Assembly (NCBI GenBank): GCA_964016885.1
Contig: OZ024742.1
Location: 190,774,001-190,838,000 of the forward strand
Length of the DNA stretch: 64,000 bases
Reading direction: 5' to 3'
Source of the DNA: Eledone cirrhosa
Lineage: Eukaryota
The translations under genes and the position numbers were made by a program. A model generated the notes under the pieces. The model worked only from the letters and a program-made list of their open reading frames with translations, had not been told where the DNA came from and searched no databases. This document shows positions 1 to 12,734 of the stretch, in pieces; within the stretch, counting starts at the first letter, position 1, and each line of letters begins with the position of its first letter.

Positions 1-110
1 CTATGTTAAGCGCCCACGTATCTCTAAAATGCTCAGTCACTTACACGGTAATTTCACGGAGATTGTTCGAAAAATGAAACATTCTTAGTCGTAACCGATG
101 AATTTCTAAC
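1..110 (+). mobile_element. Degraded 3' end of a SINE
   Basis: gtcacttacacggtaatttcacg...gtcgtaaccgatg resembles the 3' part of abundant cephalopod SINEs (from recollection, not a database search). Confidence 0.35.
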
Positions 111-844
111 ACACACAAAGGAACGCATAATCGATGCTCTAGCGATTTTTCCAGTATGTCACCTGATTTAAATAATCTTCAAAATTGACAAACCTGATAG
201 TTTTTTCATCACTATATAAATCCCAGCTTTTTATATAATCTAATCATTTTCCTATTCTAAAATTCACAAATAACTTAAAGTCATTTTCACACCCACCTTC
301 ATTTCATACATATTACATTCCTACAGTTTCTACGACAAATCTTTTGAGGATAAGGGAAGCTAATATATTAGCAACATATATTTGTCGGAACATTGAAGAA
401 TAACATCACAAACACAAAATCTCGATTGTATTGAATACGAGTTTGTTAATTTTCTTATCAGCATTGGATGAAATACAGAACCGAATTCCTATGCGTAATA
501 TTTTCGTTATATTACATTATTATTCACTGAAGCTAGGAAAAGAAAAGTGATATATTTTTTTTAGTTAACATCATTTACTCGAGAGAATATATTTCTACAA
601 TGTATGATATATATTTTAGAGTCTTCTAATGGTTATATTATTTTACTCTTTACCGGTTTCAGTCATTAGATATGAAATTACGAAGCTTTTGTGAACGTTT
701 TTCTCAATGTGTATGCCTATGTGTGTGATACTCTGTCTATATATATAGTGTGTGCTGTATATATTTTGAAGATTCATTAATCTGAATTATAAAAACAACA
801 AAATAAAATATGTTATCATTAATTTCTTCTTCTATTCTTACACA

Positions 845-1000
845 ATTTTACTTGTTTAAGCCAGTAGACTGAAGCCATGCCGAGAGACCTCATTGATTAA
901 GTCTAACATATCGACCTAGCTATTTATATTTTCAAGTGTGGTACTTAATTTATCGAAAACGTTTTCGGTGAACCCCTAAGTTATGGGACATAAAATCAGA
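845..1000. mobile_element. Degraded interspersed repeat (SINE-like)
   Basis: tttacttgtttaagccagtagactgaagccatgc...gaacccctaagttatgggacataaa; a related short piece lies at ~640-670. Confidence 0.4.
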
Positions 1001-1294
1001 CAGATAAATACGTAAATAGACGCTCAAACATATATACATATATCCAAATACACACACACATAAAAAAACCCGCATTAACACGCGCACACACACACACACA
1101 CACGCACACACACACACACACACACACATACATATATATATATATCAACTATAATTATAGACAATGTGTATTTTTCCGTCACACACAAGAGATGACTGAG
1201 GAAGAAAAGGATGCCTAAGCACCGTTTAACATTCACTACACATTTGTGTTTATATGTATAGCGAATTGGCTACACACATTGGCTTTTATGATTA

Positions 1295-3086
1295 CACCGT
1301 CTAAAATACTTTTGTTCCCCGATTCTAAATGTCATTTCCTGGTTTGTCATATCCCATTATTATGAAAAAATACTATTATTTAATTATAAGTTTGGGTTTG
1401 TGGTTAGGAGTTTGATATTTCGAAATTTTCATATTTTTCAAGAAAAAACACATTTATTTTTAAATTTCTCAATTCATATAATTAAATCAACAGAGTAAAT
1501 ATTTATCTTACTACACAAGCTTATCAAAAGCAAACAAGTAAAAACAAATAACGCTTATAAAGCAACTTATACACGTCAGATATGACTGGATTTCCTGGAT
1601 TTGCGGTTGTAGTCCAGGTCGCATTCCCGCACTTGCTCCCAGATATAGTCCCCCATCATTCTTTTCATTGTAGTGGCCCTGGTACCTCCGCTCTATCTCT
1701 TTCACATCTTGGTGGAATCGTTCGCCTTGTTCCTCTGAGTAGGCGCCCATATTGTCCTTGAATGTTTCCAGGTGAGCGTTCAACATATGGAGTTTAAGTG
1801 ACATCATGCATCCCATGGCGCCAAAAGCCCTTATCAGATTCTGCACCAGTTGCTGGTAGTTTTCAGCTCTGTAGTTGCCCAGGAAGCCCTTAACAACTGC
1901 TTTGAAACAGTTCCATGCTGTTCTCTCAATCCTATTGAGCTCATTGGAGAACTCTTTAGACTCAAATACCTTCTTTATCTGAGGTCCAACAAAAATTCCA
2001 CCTTCGATTTTGGCCTCAAATAACTTGGGGAAGAACTCAAGAAGGTACTTAAAAACGGCTGATTCTTGGTTGAGAGCCTTCAGAAACTGCTTCATCAACC
2101 CCAACTTAATGTGCAGTGGCGGCATGAGCACAATCCTGGGATCAACCAGTGGCTCCCACATGACGTTCCGGGTCCCAACTACAAATTCTGTTCGCTGCTC
2201 CCAGTTCTTTCTGTTGTAGTGGTTAGAGGTGGCTCTACTGTCCCAAAGGGAGAAGAAGCATTGGAATTTGATAAAGCCTCCTTGGAGTCCAAGCAGGAAA
2301 GCCACGATCTTGAAGTCTCCAATGATTTCCCAATTGTTCTGGTTGTATTTCAGAGCTTCCAAGAGGACTTTCACACTGTAGTAATCTTCCTTCAGGCAGA
2401 CTGAATGTGCTAGGGACAGTGTCGGGAACTTGTTTACATTGTGGAGGAGGTTAGCCTTCAAACTTGTGGTGGAGCTGTCTATAAATAGCCGTCACTCCTT
2501 GGGGACAAACGGCACCCCAATAACGTTAAACAGTCCAGGCACGTCATGGCAGAAGCAGAGGCCATCCCTAAGAGTGTAAAAGCCTGAGAAAGGTTCGTGT
2601 CGACTTCTCTGATTTGTCACCGGCACTTCCTCCTTGAGCAAGTTCCACTGCTTCATGTTGGAGACGAATAGCTCTGCATTGGAATTGGTCAGACCCATAT
2701 CCCTGACCGAGTCATTGACTTCTTTTTGGTTTGGGAAGTGAGGAACTTTTTCTGGTACCCCAGTATCAATAAATCTCTTTAATCCGCTTTTTAACAATTT
2801 TATACTTTATTGCACTTTTATCATTTTCTTTAGGTATTACTCTTTATTTTATAATTTTAATTTAACCTGAAACATACATAAAAATATCATTTAACATAAG
2901 CAAATTAAACTTACATACAACGTAAAATCCAGCATACAAATAATTCTAGTGAATAACTTAGAATTTTTACAAACCCCAACTTTTAACTGTTTAATAGCAC
3001 TTTTTGTTATTTATTTGGGACCTAAGCAACACAAAAAAGTGATTACAAGCCAGGAACAGAGAGTAATTTTTTTTTGTTACACGGTG
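1295..3086 (-). mobile_element. Chapaev3-like (CMC) DNA transposon, internally deleted
   Basis: Termini CACCGTCTAA (1295) and TTACACGGTG (3086) are imperfect TIRs. TTA is duplicated at 1292-1294 and 3087-3089. Encloses transposase ORFs. Confidence 0.75.
1511..2797 (-). pseudogene. Chapaev-type transposase remnant (ORFs 2492-2797 and 1511-2461)
   Basis: Motifs PPLHIKLGLMKQF, SLKLHML.AHL and SEEQGERFHQD..ERRYQG. A stop separates the two ORFs and the C-terminus is frameshifted. Confidence 0.8.
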
Positions 3087-3732
3087 TTATGAGAGTGTTT
3101 GTGTGTGTGTATATGTGTGTTTGTGTACATTGTATTTACATATAATATTTGTGTGAGTGTATATGTGGTTGTGTGTGTTTATTGAGAAGGATACATAGAC
3201 AAGAGCATTACAAACACACACGTATCTACACATACATATATATAATCAGACACACTTAGAAAAATAATTATTACATACATATACATTTATGTGATGGCAG
3301 TAGAAAAAGTGGGGAGAAACTATCGAGGACCAGCGTTCTAAAATTCGTCACAGCCCTGTGTTTGTGCGATTGTATCATTTGTCTGAGTGAGCGCGAATGA
3401 ACCATCCAACCAACCAACCAACCAACAAACATCTCTTTTTTATATTATGTATAGATATTAGAATTACCCGCTATTTTTGACGGTATGGGGCCAGCTAGTA
3501 TATATATATAATATGTGACGGGCTCCAGGAAGTTCCAGCGATCAAATACCATTCACAAAGTCGTTGAGAAACATGACTGAACTGAGTAGCAAAACCTTGT
3601 CATCTCAGATATGCCAGTGTCTGGGAGAGAATTCGAGGGAAAAAAAAATGTATAAAAAGAAATTAAGAATATTCTTGCGTGTACTCCTTCACACTACATT
3701 AGTATCAAGCTGTACAGATTCTTATATTTATA

Positions 3733-3877
<145 letters not shown>

Positions 3878-3888
3878 GTATATATATG

Positions 3889-3929
<41 letters not shown>

Positions 3930-3936
3930 GTATATA

Positions 3937-3988
<52 letters not shown>

Positions 3989-3994
3989 TATATG

Positions 3995-4212
3995 TGAAGG
4001 CGTGTGGCTGAGTGGTTAGAGAATTGGATTCGCAATCGTAAGGTTGTGAGTTCGATTCCTGGACAAGGCGATGCGTTATGTCCTTGAGCAAGACACTTTA
4101 TTTCACGTTGCTCCTTCTACCTGGAGTTGCGACCGATAGATAGTATTAGCAATTGGAAAGACCAACGGAAACATTGTTCCCTCGGTTCGATTTGACGAAA
4201 GTCGATCGTTCC
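3995..4212 (+). mobile_element. tRNA-derived SINE with CORE-like domain
   Basis: A box TGGCTGAGTGG, B box GTTCGATTCC, then tgtccttgagcaagacacttta. Flanked by (TA)n. A near-identical copy starts at 63866. Confidence 0.8.
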
Positions 4213-4250
4213 TATATATATATATGCGTGTGTGTGTTTGTGTGTGTAGG

Positions 4251-4283
<33 letters not shown>

Positions 4284-4734
4284 GCGTGTGTCTGTACATG
4301 TGTATGTGAGCGAGGATGTGAATGTGTATGCGAGTATGCATACGATTGTGAGAGCGTGTGAGACTGTGAGGAGAGTGTGTGCGTGTGCATGTGTGCGTAC
4401 ATATGTTTATACTATGATAAACTTTTAACATTTTTATTGCCAACTGTCAGAGCTAGTGAAAATATATGCTATTTTCAAAAATACACAGTGACTGATCGGC
4501 CTGATTTGCATATTAGCAGACTGGCTGATCAGTCAGATCTGAATATTAGTAGATCCACTGATCAGCCAGATTTGCATATCATCAGACTGGCCAGACAGTT
4601 TCCTGTATACGAGCAATAAATGGCCGGCTTTACCATATTCAAATAAAAAGAAAATGTTCGCTGTACATGGCTAAATACAATAAATGTAATATGAGTTTTT
4701 CAATAGCTCTGACAGTTTGGCAGGTGAACATGCA

Positions 4735-4780
4735 GCTGTACTGATGAAGGGTGATACCCGGAAACATTAGTGTATGCAGT
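4735..4780 (+). ncRNA. Type I hammerhead ribozyme
   Basis: gctgta-CTGATGA-a gggt gat accc g-GAAAC a ttag t GTA-tgcagt; stems I, II and III pair. Confidence 0.8.
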
Positions 4781-5171
4781 TCTGTTCACATGCTAACACA
4801 AGAGCAAGAGTGAAGAGTTCATTCTACTGACATGGCTATAAAATTGAGACATGTTTGCATAATTGCAAACGAATCGAATGTTATTAATATTCGAAAAACT
4901 CAGATTACATTTATTGTATTCAGGCACGTAGAGCGAACATTCTCTTTTTAATTTGAATTTGGCAAAGCCGGCCATTTATCGCTCGTATACAGAAAAACTG
5001 ACTGGCTAGTCTGCTGATATGCAAATCTGGCTGATCAGTGGATCTGCTAATATGCAGATCTGACTGATCAGCCAGTCTGCTAATATGCAAATCAGGCCGA
5101 TCAGTCACTGTGTATTTTTGAAAATAGCATATATTTTCACTAGCTCTGACAGTTTGGCAGGTGAACAGTGA

Positions 5172-5217
5172 GCTGTACTGATGAAGGGTGATACCTAGAA
5201 ACATTAGTATCTGCAGT
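5172..5217 (+). ncRNA. Type I hammerhead ribozyme (second copy, slightly degenerate)
   Basis: gctgta-CTGATGA-agggtgataccta-GAAAC attagt ATC-tgcagt; one mismatch in stem III. Confidence 0.65.
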
Positions 5218-5377
5218 TCCGTTGCCAACACAAGCGCAAAACTGAAGGGTTCATTCTACTGACATGGCTATAAAATTGAGGCTTGTTTGCATAATTGCAA
5301 ATAAATCGAATATTATTATTAATATTCGAAAAACTCAGATTACATTTATTGCGAGGTAGAGCGAAAATTTGCTTTTT

Positions 5378-5409
<32 letters not shown>

Positions 5410-5544
5410 AACATAAATATATAAACATACAAACACACACACACACATATATATATATATAATATATACACGGAGTTTGTATATCTCTGTCACTCAAACA
5501 ACAATGGAATAGTTACTGCGCAATATCGAATCGCTCTAGGTTAG

Positions 5545-6008
5545 GCAGCTTTCAACAAGAACAAGGAAGTACTAACATCAACATGAGTTTCCTATCATTT
5601 GAAGGCTAAGATCTTTGATACTTACATCCTACCAATTGTGTTATATGTCTTGACTGTGTTAATTGGACGACAAGGTTACTTCAGATGCTCTCTACATTCC
5701 AGAACCACATCATGAGACTTATGACTGGCAAGAGGCTCAGCGACCGTATCTCTATCAGTGAGTTGCTTAAAATTACCAAACATAGACCAATTGTCAAGTC
5801 AAGAATACTCAAACTATACGGCCATATAAAAAGATCAGCCCATGGTGCGAGAAGGTTATGCCTGGAACGATGGCTTGATAATATCATTTTATGGACTGGA
5901 CTTGATCTTTACTCTTTAAACTATGTTGCTGGTGATCGAACTTTGGAGAGTAAAATATATCATGTTGATGCGCAGTCTGCAACTGGCGAAGTTTAGCGTC
6001 ACAAGAAG
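5545..6008 (+). mobile_element. RTE-type LINE 3' fragment
   Basis: Translation ...RLMTGKRLSDRISISELLKIT...LKLYGHIKRS...WLDNI..WTGL matches the RTE C-terminal pattern. Confidence 0.65.
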
Positions 6009-6531
6009 ATATATACACACCTATATATATTTATGTAATTATATGTGTCTCTAAAACTGTGTCGGTTTTTCAGCTTCGTCTGTCTACCGATATTTACTCT
6101 CAAGGTAAGGGTTAAACTTAGGCAACGAAATTTAAGCAGGATCGAACTCTTTATCCCAACATCTAAGATATAGCTAACGATTCAGTAACATTAGTATATA
6201 TTATACATTCATATAAGCCAAGAGCTGGTCATGTCGTGTTGTTAATTGCTGCACCTTCGAGATATTGTACACGTCTGACAACATAGTACGATAAATTGAT
6301 GGCTCCAGGAACCTGAGGAACTGGTCTAACCTGTCGAATAACTGATTAATTGAATAATTGAATAATTGTTCTCGGTTATTGGCATAGCCGGTAATTTCAT
6401 CTTTCATGACAAAGCAACATATATATATATATATTTATATACATACATATATACATACATATATATATATGTTTCTACAGTGGATATGGCGCATGTCTAT
6501 CGGACATGACATAACGCCCTTAATTTAATTT

Positions 6532-6614
<83 letters not shown>

Positions 6615-6827
6615 GTTTGTATGTATGTAAGTATGTTTGTATGTATGCATGCATTTATCTATAAAGGCATGTACTAGAATATTATTTCCGTCAGAACATA
6701 GAAAACCAATAGTTACTCTGAATAAATCTGTAGTAGCTATTTATGCAAGAGAAAAGCAAAATAAATATTAATTTCTCATGAAGAATAATTTATATACATT
6801 ATAAAACTCCACCTTTTTTCTTTATAG

Positions 6828-6918
6828 CAATATTAATAGCAATGTTCACCAAGGTGCACATTAAACGAAATGTGATTTCACAAAGTGCTGAACTCCAAGT
6901 AGATATTGTAGGAAAGAG
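6828..6918 (+). CDS. Candidate 91-nt internal exon of a host gene (ILIAMFTKVHIKRNVISQSAELQVDIVGK)
   Basis: Polypyrimidine acceptor ccttttttctttatAG, open frame, donor AG|GTAATT, in non-repetitive sequence. Confidence 0.5.
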
Positions 6919-7214
6919 GTAATTGATCTCAATTGAAATGATTAACCCTGGGATTCTATTCTCTTCAGTCTCCCTATTTTTCTATATAAATTCTCGTTTC
7001 GTTGTGAAATGACAAAATAGACAATGATCAATGGATGTCTCCTCTTAAATGTTAGATACACTGTCATGGTCTCTTTTGCCGCTTTAATCTCAAGCATAAT
7101 GTACATTTATTACTGATCAATGAAAGTGAAGGTCAATTCTGTTTTTGATATTTGAGCTCTAAACATAAATCGAATGAAAGTAAATATTGATTTTATATAT
7201 ATACAAGATATACG

Positions 7215-7246
<32 letters not shown>

Positions 7247-7285
7247 GCGATTCTTTGCTTAAACTTTAATCTGTTGTTTTAATAA

Positions 7286-7346
<61 letters not shown>

Positions 7347-7475
7347 AACGGAAAAAATGAAACGAAATTTCATTTCTCACTCTTAGTACGGCTGTTACTT
7401 AAATATAAGTATGTATACGTTCATACATATATGTATACAGACGTACAGTAGTATGTATATATATATACATACATG

Positions 7476-7512
<37 letters not shown>

Positions 7513-7629
7513 GTATGGATTCACCGAACATTTATTATAATGCACGGTGTGTTTGTAAACAAACATCCCGAATTAAGCCGTAGTGTCTAGCAACCATCGT
7601 TGCTCATTTGTTCAACCCTGACAAAGGAA

Positions 7630-7670
7630 CGCTGTACTAGTTTCAAGCTTATTAGCTATCGTCAGCAACG
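7630..7670 (-). ncRNA. Type I hammerhead ribozyme (family X)
   Basis: cgttg-CTGACGA-t agct aata agct t-GAAAC ta GTA-cagcg on the minus strand. Confidence 0.85.
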
Positions 7671-8101
7671 TATACCTTCCTGCCAGATGATTGAACGTCT
7701 GAAAGTATATACTTTCCTTATGCATATTAACGGCTGAGGAGCCTAATTTGCATATCGAGTGAGTTAATCGGCCGGGGTACCGAAAACGATAAACGGGAAA
7801 AATGAAACGAAATTTCATTTCTCACTCTTAGTACGGCTGTTACTTAAATATAAGTATGTATACGTACATACATATATGTATACAGACGTACAGTAGTATG
7901 TATATATATATACATACATGCACACATATATATATATGTAGGTATGGATTCACCGAACATTTATTATAATGCTCGGTGTGTTTGTAAACAAACATCCCGA
8001 ATTAAGGAGTACAGTGTCTAGTAACCATCGTTGCTCAGCCGTTAATATGCATAAGGAAAGTATATACTTTCAGACGTTCAATTATCTGGCAGGCAGGTAT
8101 A

Positions 8102-8142
8102 CGTTGCTGACGATAGCTAATAAGCTTGAAACTAGTACAGCG
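8102..8142 (+). ncRNA. Type I hammerhead ribozyme (family X)
   Basis: Same motif on the plus strand; predicted cleavage after 8137. Confidence 0.85.
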
Positions 8143-8352
8143 TTCCTTTGTCATGGTTGAACAAATGAGCAACGATGGTTGCTAGACACTGTACGGCTTA
8201 ATTCGGGATGTTTGTTTACAAACACACCGAGCATTATAATAAATGTTCGGTGAATCCATACGTACATATATATATATATATGTGTGCATGTTTGTATATA
8301 TATATACATACTACTGTACGTCTGTATACATATATGTATGTACGTATACATA

Positions 8353-8431
<79 letters not shown>

Positions 8432-8437
<6 letters not shown>

Positions 8438-9009
8438 GTTTAACCGATTAAACTTTAAGCAGGGAATCGCTGCTTTCACCCTTAACGGATCTTCTGAAAC
8501 TAAATAAGTCAATCTGTGAACGCAGAAGTAAATATTTCAAAAATCGTTGCAACCGGAGGAAGACAGGAAGACGATACTTTGGTTCGTGGAAACGTTCCCT
8601 GGCAAAGAATATGAAAAAACGAAGATAATATGTCATTATTTGGAGCGGTGAAAAACAATTACACGCAGATAAAAACCACGTTTATGATCATTCGAGGTTA
8701 TCAATCGAGTTCATTCGAGGTTATCAATCGAGATCATTCGAGGTTATCAATCTTATCCGACCATCAAGCACATGGTATTTTTCTGAGTTTCCTGACAATT
8801 GGCCTTTCTCGCAAAAACTGTCCAGCATTTTTACATCTTCAACTCTTTTTCTGGTTCGTACGTATGTAAGGTGTGTTTTGGTTAACGTACCTGTGCTTTG
8901 GTTAACGCCGTCTCCGAACATATGTGTATTTACATGTAGGCATGTGTGTGCGCGCGTTATATACGTATTTATTTATTTATATACGTTTATTTAATTATAT
9001 GTATACACG

Positions 9010-9062
<53 letters not shown>

Positions 9063-9812
9063 TAATATATATATATTTGTATGTATTTGGTGTATACATT
9101 CGTATGTGTGCGAGTACAGGCGTTGCGTGGATTCTGTATGAGTGTGCGGGTTTGTTTTTTTTGTGTACGTGCTCGTATTTTTATACCTATGGCGAGTGTT
9201 TTCGCGTATGCTTGTGTATATGGTTGCGTGTATGTATTTATTTAATTTAAATTACCTCTGTATTTTATTTACTTTATTCTTATCTCTGAAGTCGAGAATC
9301 ATTCGGTTTCCTAGTTAGAATTTTAGTCTACGACTTCAGTTAAACCATTTACGTAGTTTTGTCTTTGCGGGCAATTGTTCTCCCTGATCCACTTAATGAC
9401 GTATTATCTTCGTTTTTTCCGTTCATTGCCAGAGAACGTCTCCATGAACCACCTAATACAATATTAGTCTATGACTTCTTTTATACCATAAACGTGGTTT
9501 TGTCTTTGCGTGTAATTGTTTTTCCCCGCATCAAATAATGACGTATTATCTTCGTTTTTTTTCCCAGGGAACGTTTCAACGAACCCAAGTATCGTTTTCC
9601 TCCGGTTGCAACGTTTTTTTGAAATATTTACTTCTGCGTTCACAGATTGACTTTTTTAGTTTCAGAAGATCCCGTTAAGGGTGAAAGCAGCGATTGTTTC
9701 CTTAAACTTTAATCTGTTATTTTAATAAATATTTGCTCTACGGTTCTTATATATTTGATATATATTTATCCTTATCGAGCCCACTTTGGATTTTAGTCTT
9801 CAAATTTATTAT
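8432..9812. repeat. Non-coding family Y with ~260-bp inverted arms
   Basis: 8440-8690 is the reverse complement of ~9488-9722. Another copy at 45215-45490 and a stub at ~7245-7290. Confidence 0.7.
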
Positions 9813-9813
9813 T

Positions 9814-10830
9814 TCTTCTTCTTCTTCTTCTTCTTCTTCTTCTTCTTCTTCTTCTTCTTCTTCTTCTTCTTCTTCTTCTTCTTCTTCTTCTTCTTCTTCG
9901 CCAAGCGAGATCATTCGAGGTTATCAATCTTCTCCGACCATCATGCACATGGTATTTTTCTGAGTGTCCTGACAGTTGGCCTTTCTCGCCAAATCTGTCC
10001 AGCGTTTTTACATCTTCATCTCTTTTCGGATGACCGAGTGTTGAAGCTGACGCATTACGGTACCAACTCCTGCAATTCTTGTATTTAATTCAATTTCCAG
10101 TCTTCCATCACTCGTGAAAATGGTTCCGAGATGCTTGAACCTTTCCAGCTAGTTTAATGGGATTTCGTTCATATGCAGAATGAACTGTGCAGGTTTCCTT
10201 AGATGAAAGAGTGTCTCAGTCTCCAGGGTACTTATTTTGATTCTTGGCTTGCGGCACTCGGCAGCAAACCTATCATGTGTATGTCGGAGATCACCTTCCA
10301 ATTTTAGTTGTATCGTGTCGTTCGCATATTCCAGTAGACTGATCCTACACCAACTGAATTTGATACTGTTTCTATCTCGCCTGGGCATGTCAGTCCTGTA
10401 CATGAAGATTATAAACAGTAGAGGCGTCAGTAATCACTCTTGGCGTAGAACTACACTCGTATTGAATGGTTTCGACGTAACACCATTTATTCGACTACAA
10501 ATACTAGGGCATTCGTATAGGAACTTCAAAGCAACGAGAAACTCTCCCTCTATCCCATACTCCTGCAGAACTTTCCACAAGCCGCGTGGAACACGGTCGT
10601 ATACATTTTTAAGGTCCTAGAGAAAAGCATACAACTCTTGTCAATACTATCAAGATTTCGAAGAGACCTGCTGCAGAATGAATATTTGGTCAGTTGTACT
10701 GAAAAACCATATTGTTCACCAGGAAGCTTGGACTCGATAATATCAGTACATATTTTTCCCAAACACATAGCATAGATTTTACCGGGAAATCTTATAAAGG
10801 ATATTTCTCTATAACATTGTGAAACACAAT
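9814..10830 (-). mobile_element. RTE-type LINE fragment with (GAA)n tail
   Basis: Decayed RT (EQYGF, LLEYAND, FKHLG..FTSDG). (TTC)n at 9814-9898 marks the 3' end. The upstream part resumes at ~12200-12650. Confidence 0.7.
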
Positions 10831-11149
10831 TTTGGTGCTTTAGATGCTTACAGCTGTCTCTATGTATATTGAGGTCATTAGACTTTTCCTATCAGCTCTG
10901 ATTATCAAGATATTATTATCTATTTATATTTATATATAATATATTATACAATTGCTCACTGCCAATTACTGTAGTTGTCAAGTGCATAAAAAGTATGATG
11001 AATGCCAACAAAATCAGTGTATCACTATCTAACAAGCATGAGTTGGGAAATATTTAATAAATTCAACGTTTGAAATACAAACCACAGAAACAAATCTATT
11101 TCAATGAGACATCTTTCATGAACAAAGTTTCTTAGATTTTCTAGGATGA

Positions 11150-12135
11150 GATGTGACTCGAGATTCCTCTTGAATGCTCCAGCAGTAATCTGCCGGCATC
11201 TCAGTATCCTATGGTTCTTGTTACCGTTTTTCCATAGTCCTTAGTTAATCGTGAAATCGTTCAACTTGTTATTCACTTAGTTTATGGAGGTTACCTGGGA
11301 AACGATACACATTATTGTGGACGTAATGCAGTTGGATGTCATTTTATACTAAAGTTTACAAAATAAAGAGAACATATTCTCCACAAGTTCGCCATAATTA
11401 TCAGCCTTATAGTTCGCAAGGAAATTATATACTATCATACTAAACGATGACAACCTACGTGCCAATGTGTCCATTGAATCTTGGAAACGCTGGTCATTCA
11501 TGTGTTCCCGGTTTTGCGGTCCCTTAAAAATCAATGCCTTCGGGTTTTCTTTGCTCATCACAGGAAACTTTCTACATCTGCAGTCAAAACATGTATCAAC
11601 TTTGCTCAGACCATTAATAAATTGTTTCATCATTCCTAGTTTGATGTGCAGTGGTGGCAATATTAACTTTTCTCTATAAACCAAGTATTCATTAATTATA
11701 TAACTTTCTCCATTATATTATTTTCTCTGGATTGGCAATATCAGTAGAAGGTCGGACGCCATGCTTTCCGGTCTGAGTTCAAATCCTGCCGAGGTTAACT
11801 TTGCCTTTCATCCTGACGGGGTCGACAAAATAAAATACCAGTAATGCACCGAGATAATTGCTGGCCTTGTGCCCAAAATAGAAACAATTATATTACTTTC
11901 TCCAACCACCCTGTCTTTTCAGCCCGTATTTATCTACCATCCAAGATATATATAAAGAGTGGGCACTTAGTATACCCACTCTGCTGGCCCAGGAGATAAT
12001 TTAACATCTTCAGATCCACACAGATCAACCATTGGTGAGCTCGATACAATAACTTTTCTAAGATTATGACCAATGTCCTGAGATTTTCATTCATACAAAC
12101 TGAGTGACTGGGATTGATCTGTATCTTTTACCACT
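11150..12135 (-). pseudogene. Second, more decayed Chapaev-type transposase fragment
   Basis: LPPLHIKLGMMKQFI and FLANYKADNY; interrupted by a SINE. Confidence 0.7.
11728..11886 (+). mobile_element. tRNA-derived SINE (Meta-domain-like), with TSD
   Basis: gagttcaaatcc B box and tttgcctttcatcc...ggggtcga.aaaat core; attatatta(t/c)tttctc on both sides. Confidence 0.8.
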
Positions 12136-12199
12136 GTGTATCATGAAAATATCCCGAATCAGATCTAAAAACAATCCAATAAAGACTTTGTTTTGTTTT

Positions 12200-12650
12200 A
12201 TTTTCCAGTGTCATTAGAACAATCTTTCTTGTCTCCCTATTTGAAAACTGAGATTATCACTCCCTATTTCTGTTGTTTTGGTGCATTTCCAGAGATCCCA
12301 ACTGTTCAGTCGGTATGGTGATTGATTCAAAGAACACATTCTCTATTTATAGCTTTTATCATCCCGGGACGAATATTATCCTCCTTACAGGTCTTGTATG
12401 TTTGAGCGCTTCAATTGTTCTTGTAACTTTAGACTCCCCGATAATAGTCTTCCCTCGACGATTCACCTCATGTACACCATAGGGTGTGGTTGATACCTGA
12501 TTTGGTGGACAAACAAAGGTTTCTTTCCACCTCATGAGGATGCTCGTCTCTTCAGGTAGAAGATCACTATCTTTTTCTTCTTAAGAATATGTTGAAACAA
12601 ATGAAACCATTAGACTTACATTATTTTCTGCGATTCTTTCCTGATAAAGG
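12200..12650 (-). mobile_element. RTE LINE fragment (RT N-terminal region)
   Basis: Decayed DNIRPGMIKA and GVIISVFK.GDKKDCSN motifs. Confidence 0.55.
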
Positions 12651-12734
12651 GTGAGAATAAGCTGTCAAATGTTCACCATCTAGTTAAACTTGCAGACATT
12701 TTGTTTTATCATTACTATATATATATATATATAT

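Larger units (their letters stand above)
4442..5370 (+). mobile_element. Retrozyme-like / non-autonomous PLE: 437-bp tandem unit with a 5' inverted segment
   Basis: tagctctgacagtttggcagg starts at 4704 and 5141. 4442-4702 is the reverse complement of ~4893-5155. One HHR per unit. Confidence 0.8.
7346..8357. mobile_element. Retrozyme-like family X: ~445-bp tandem unit plus inverted copy in (TA)n
   Basis: Unit start repeated at 7346 and 7791; 8036-8357 is inverted. Other copies at 25520-25800 and 45515-46440. Confidence 0.8.

Noticed and set aside
3995-4075. tRNA gene (also 63866 and other SINE heads)
   Set aside because: A and B boxes run into SINE body sequence; no complete acceptor stem.
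4480-4600. CRISPR-like short repeats
   Set aside because: Degenerate subrepeats without unique spacers, eukaryotic context, no cas genes.
6201-6407. 68-aa minus-strand ORF in unique sequence
   Set aside because: No recognisable motif or convincing splice sites.
7730-7795. Second HHR in family X (ctgagga...gaaa)
   Set aside because: No stem I pairing, and the core differs in other copies.
8563-8602. HHR-like fold in family Y (cagg-AAGACGA...GAAACGTT-ccctg)
   Set aside because: Core positions 3 and 4 are wrong in all copies.
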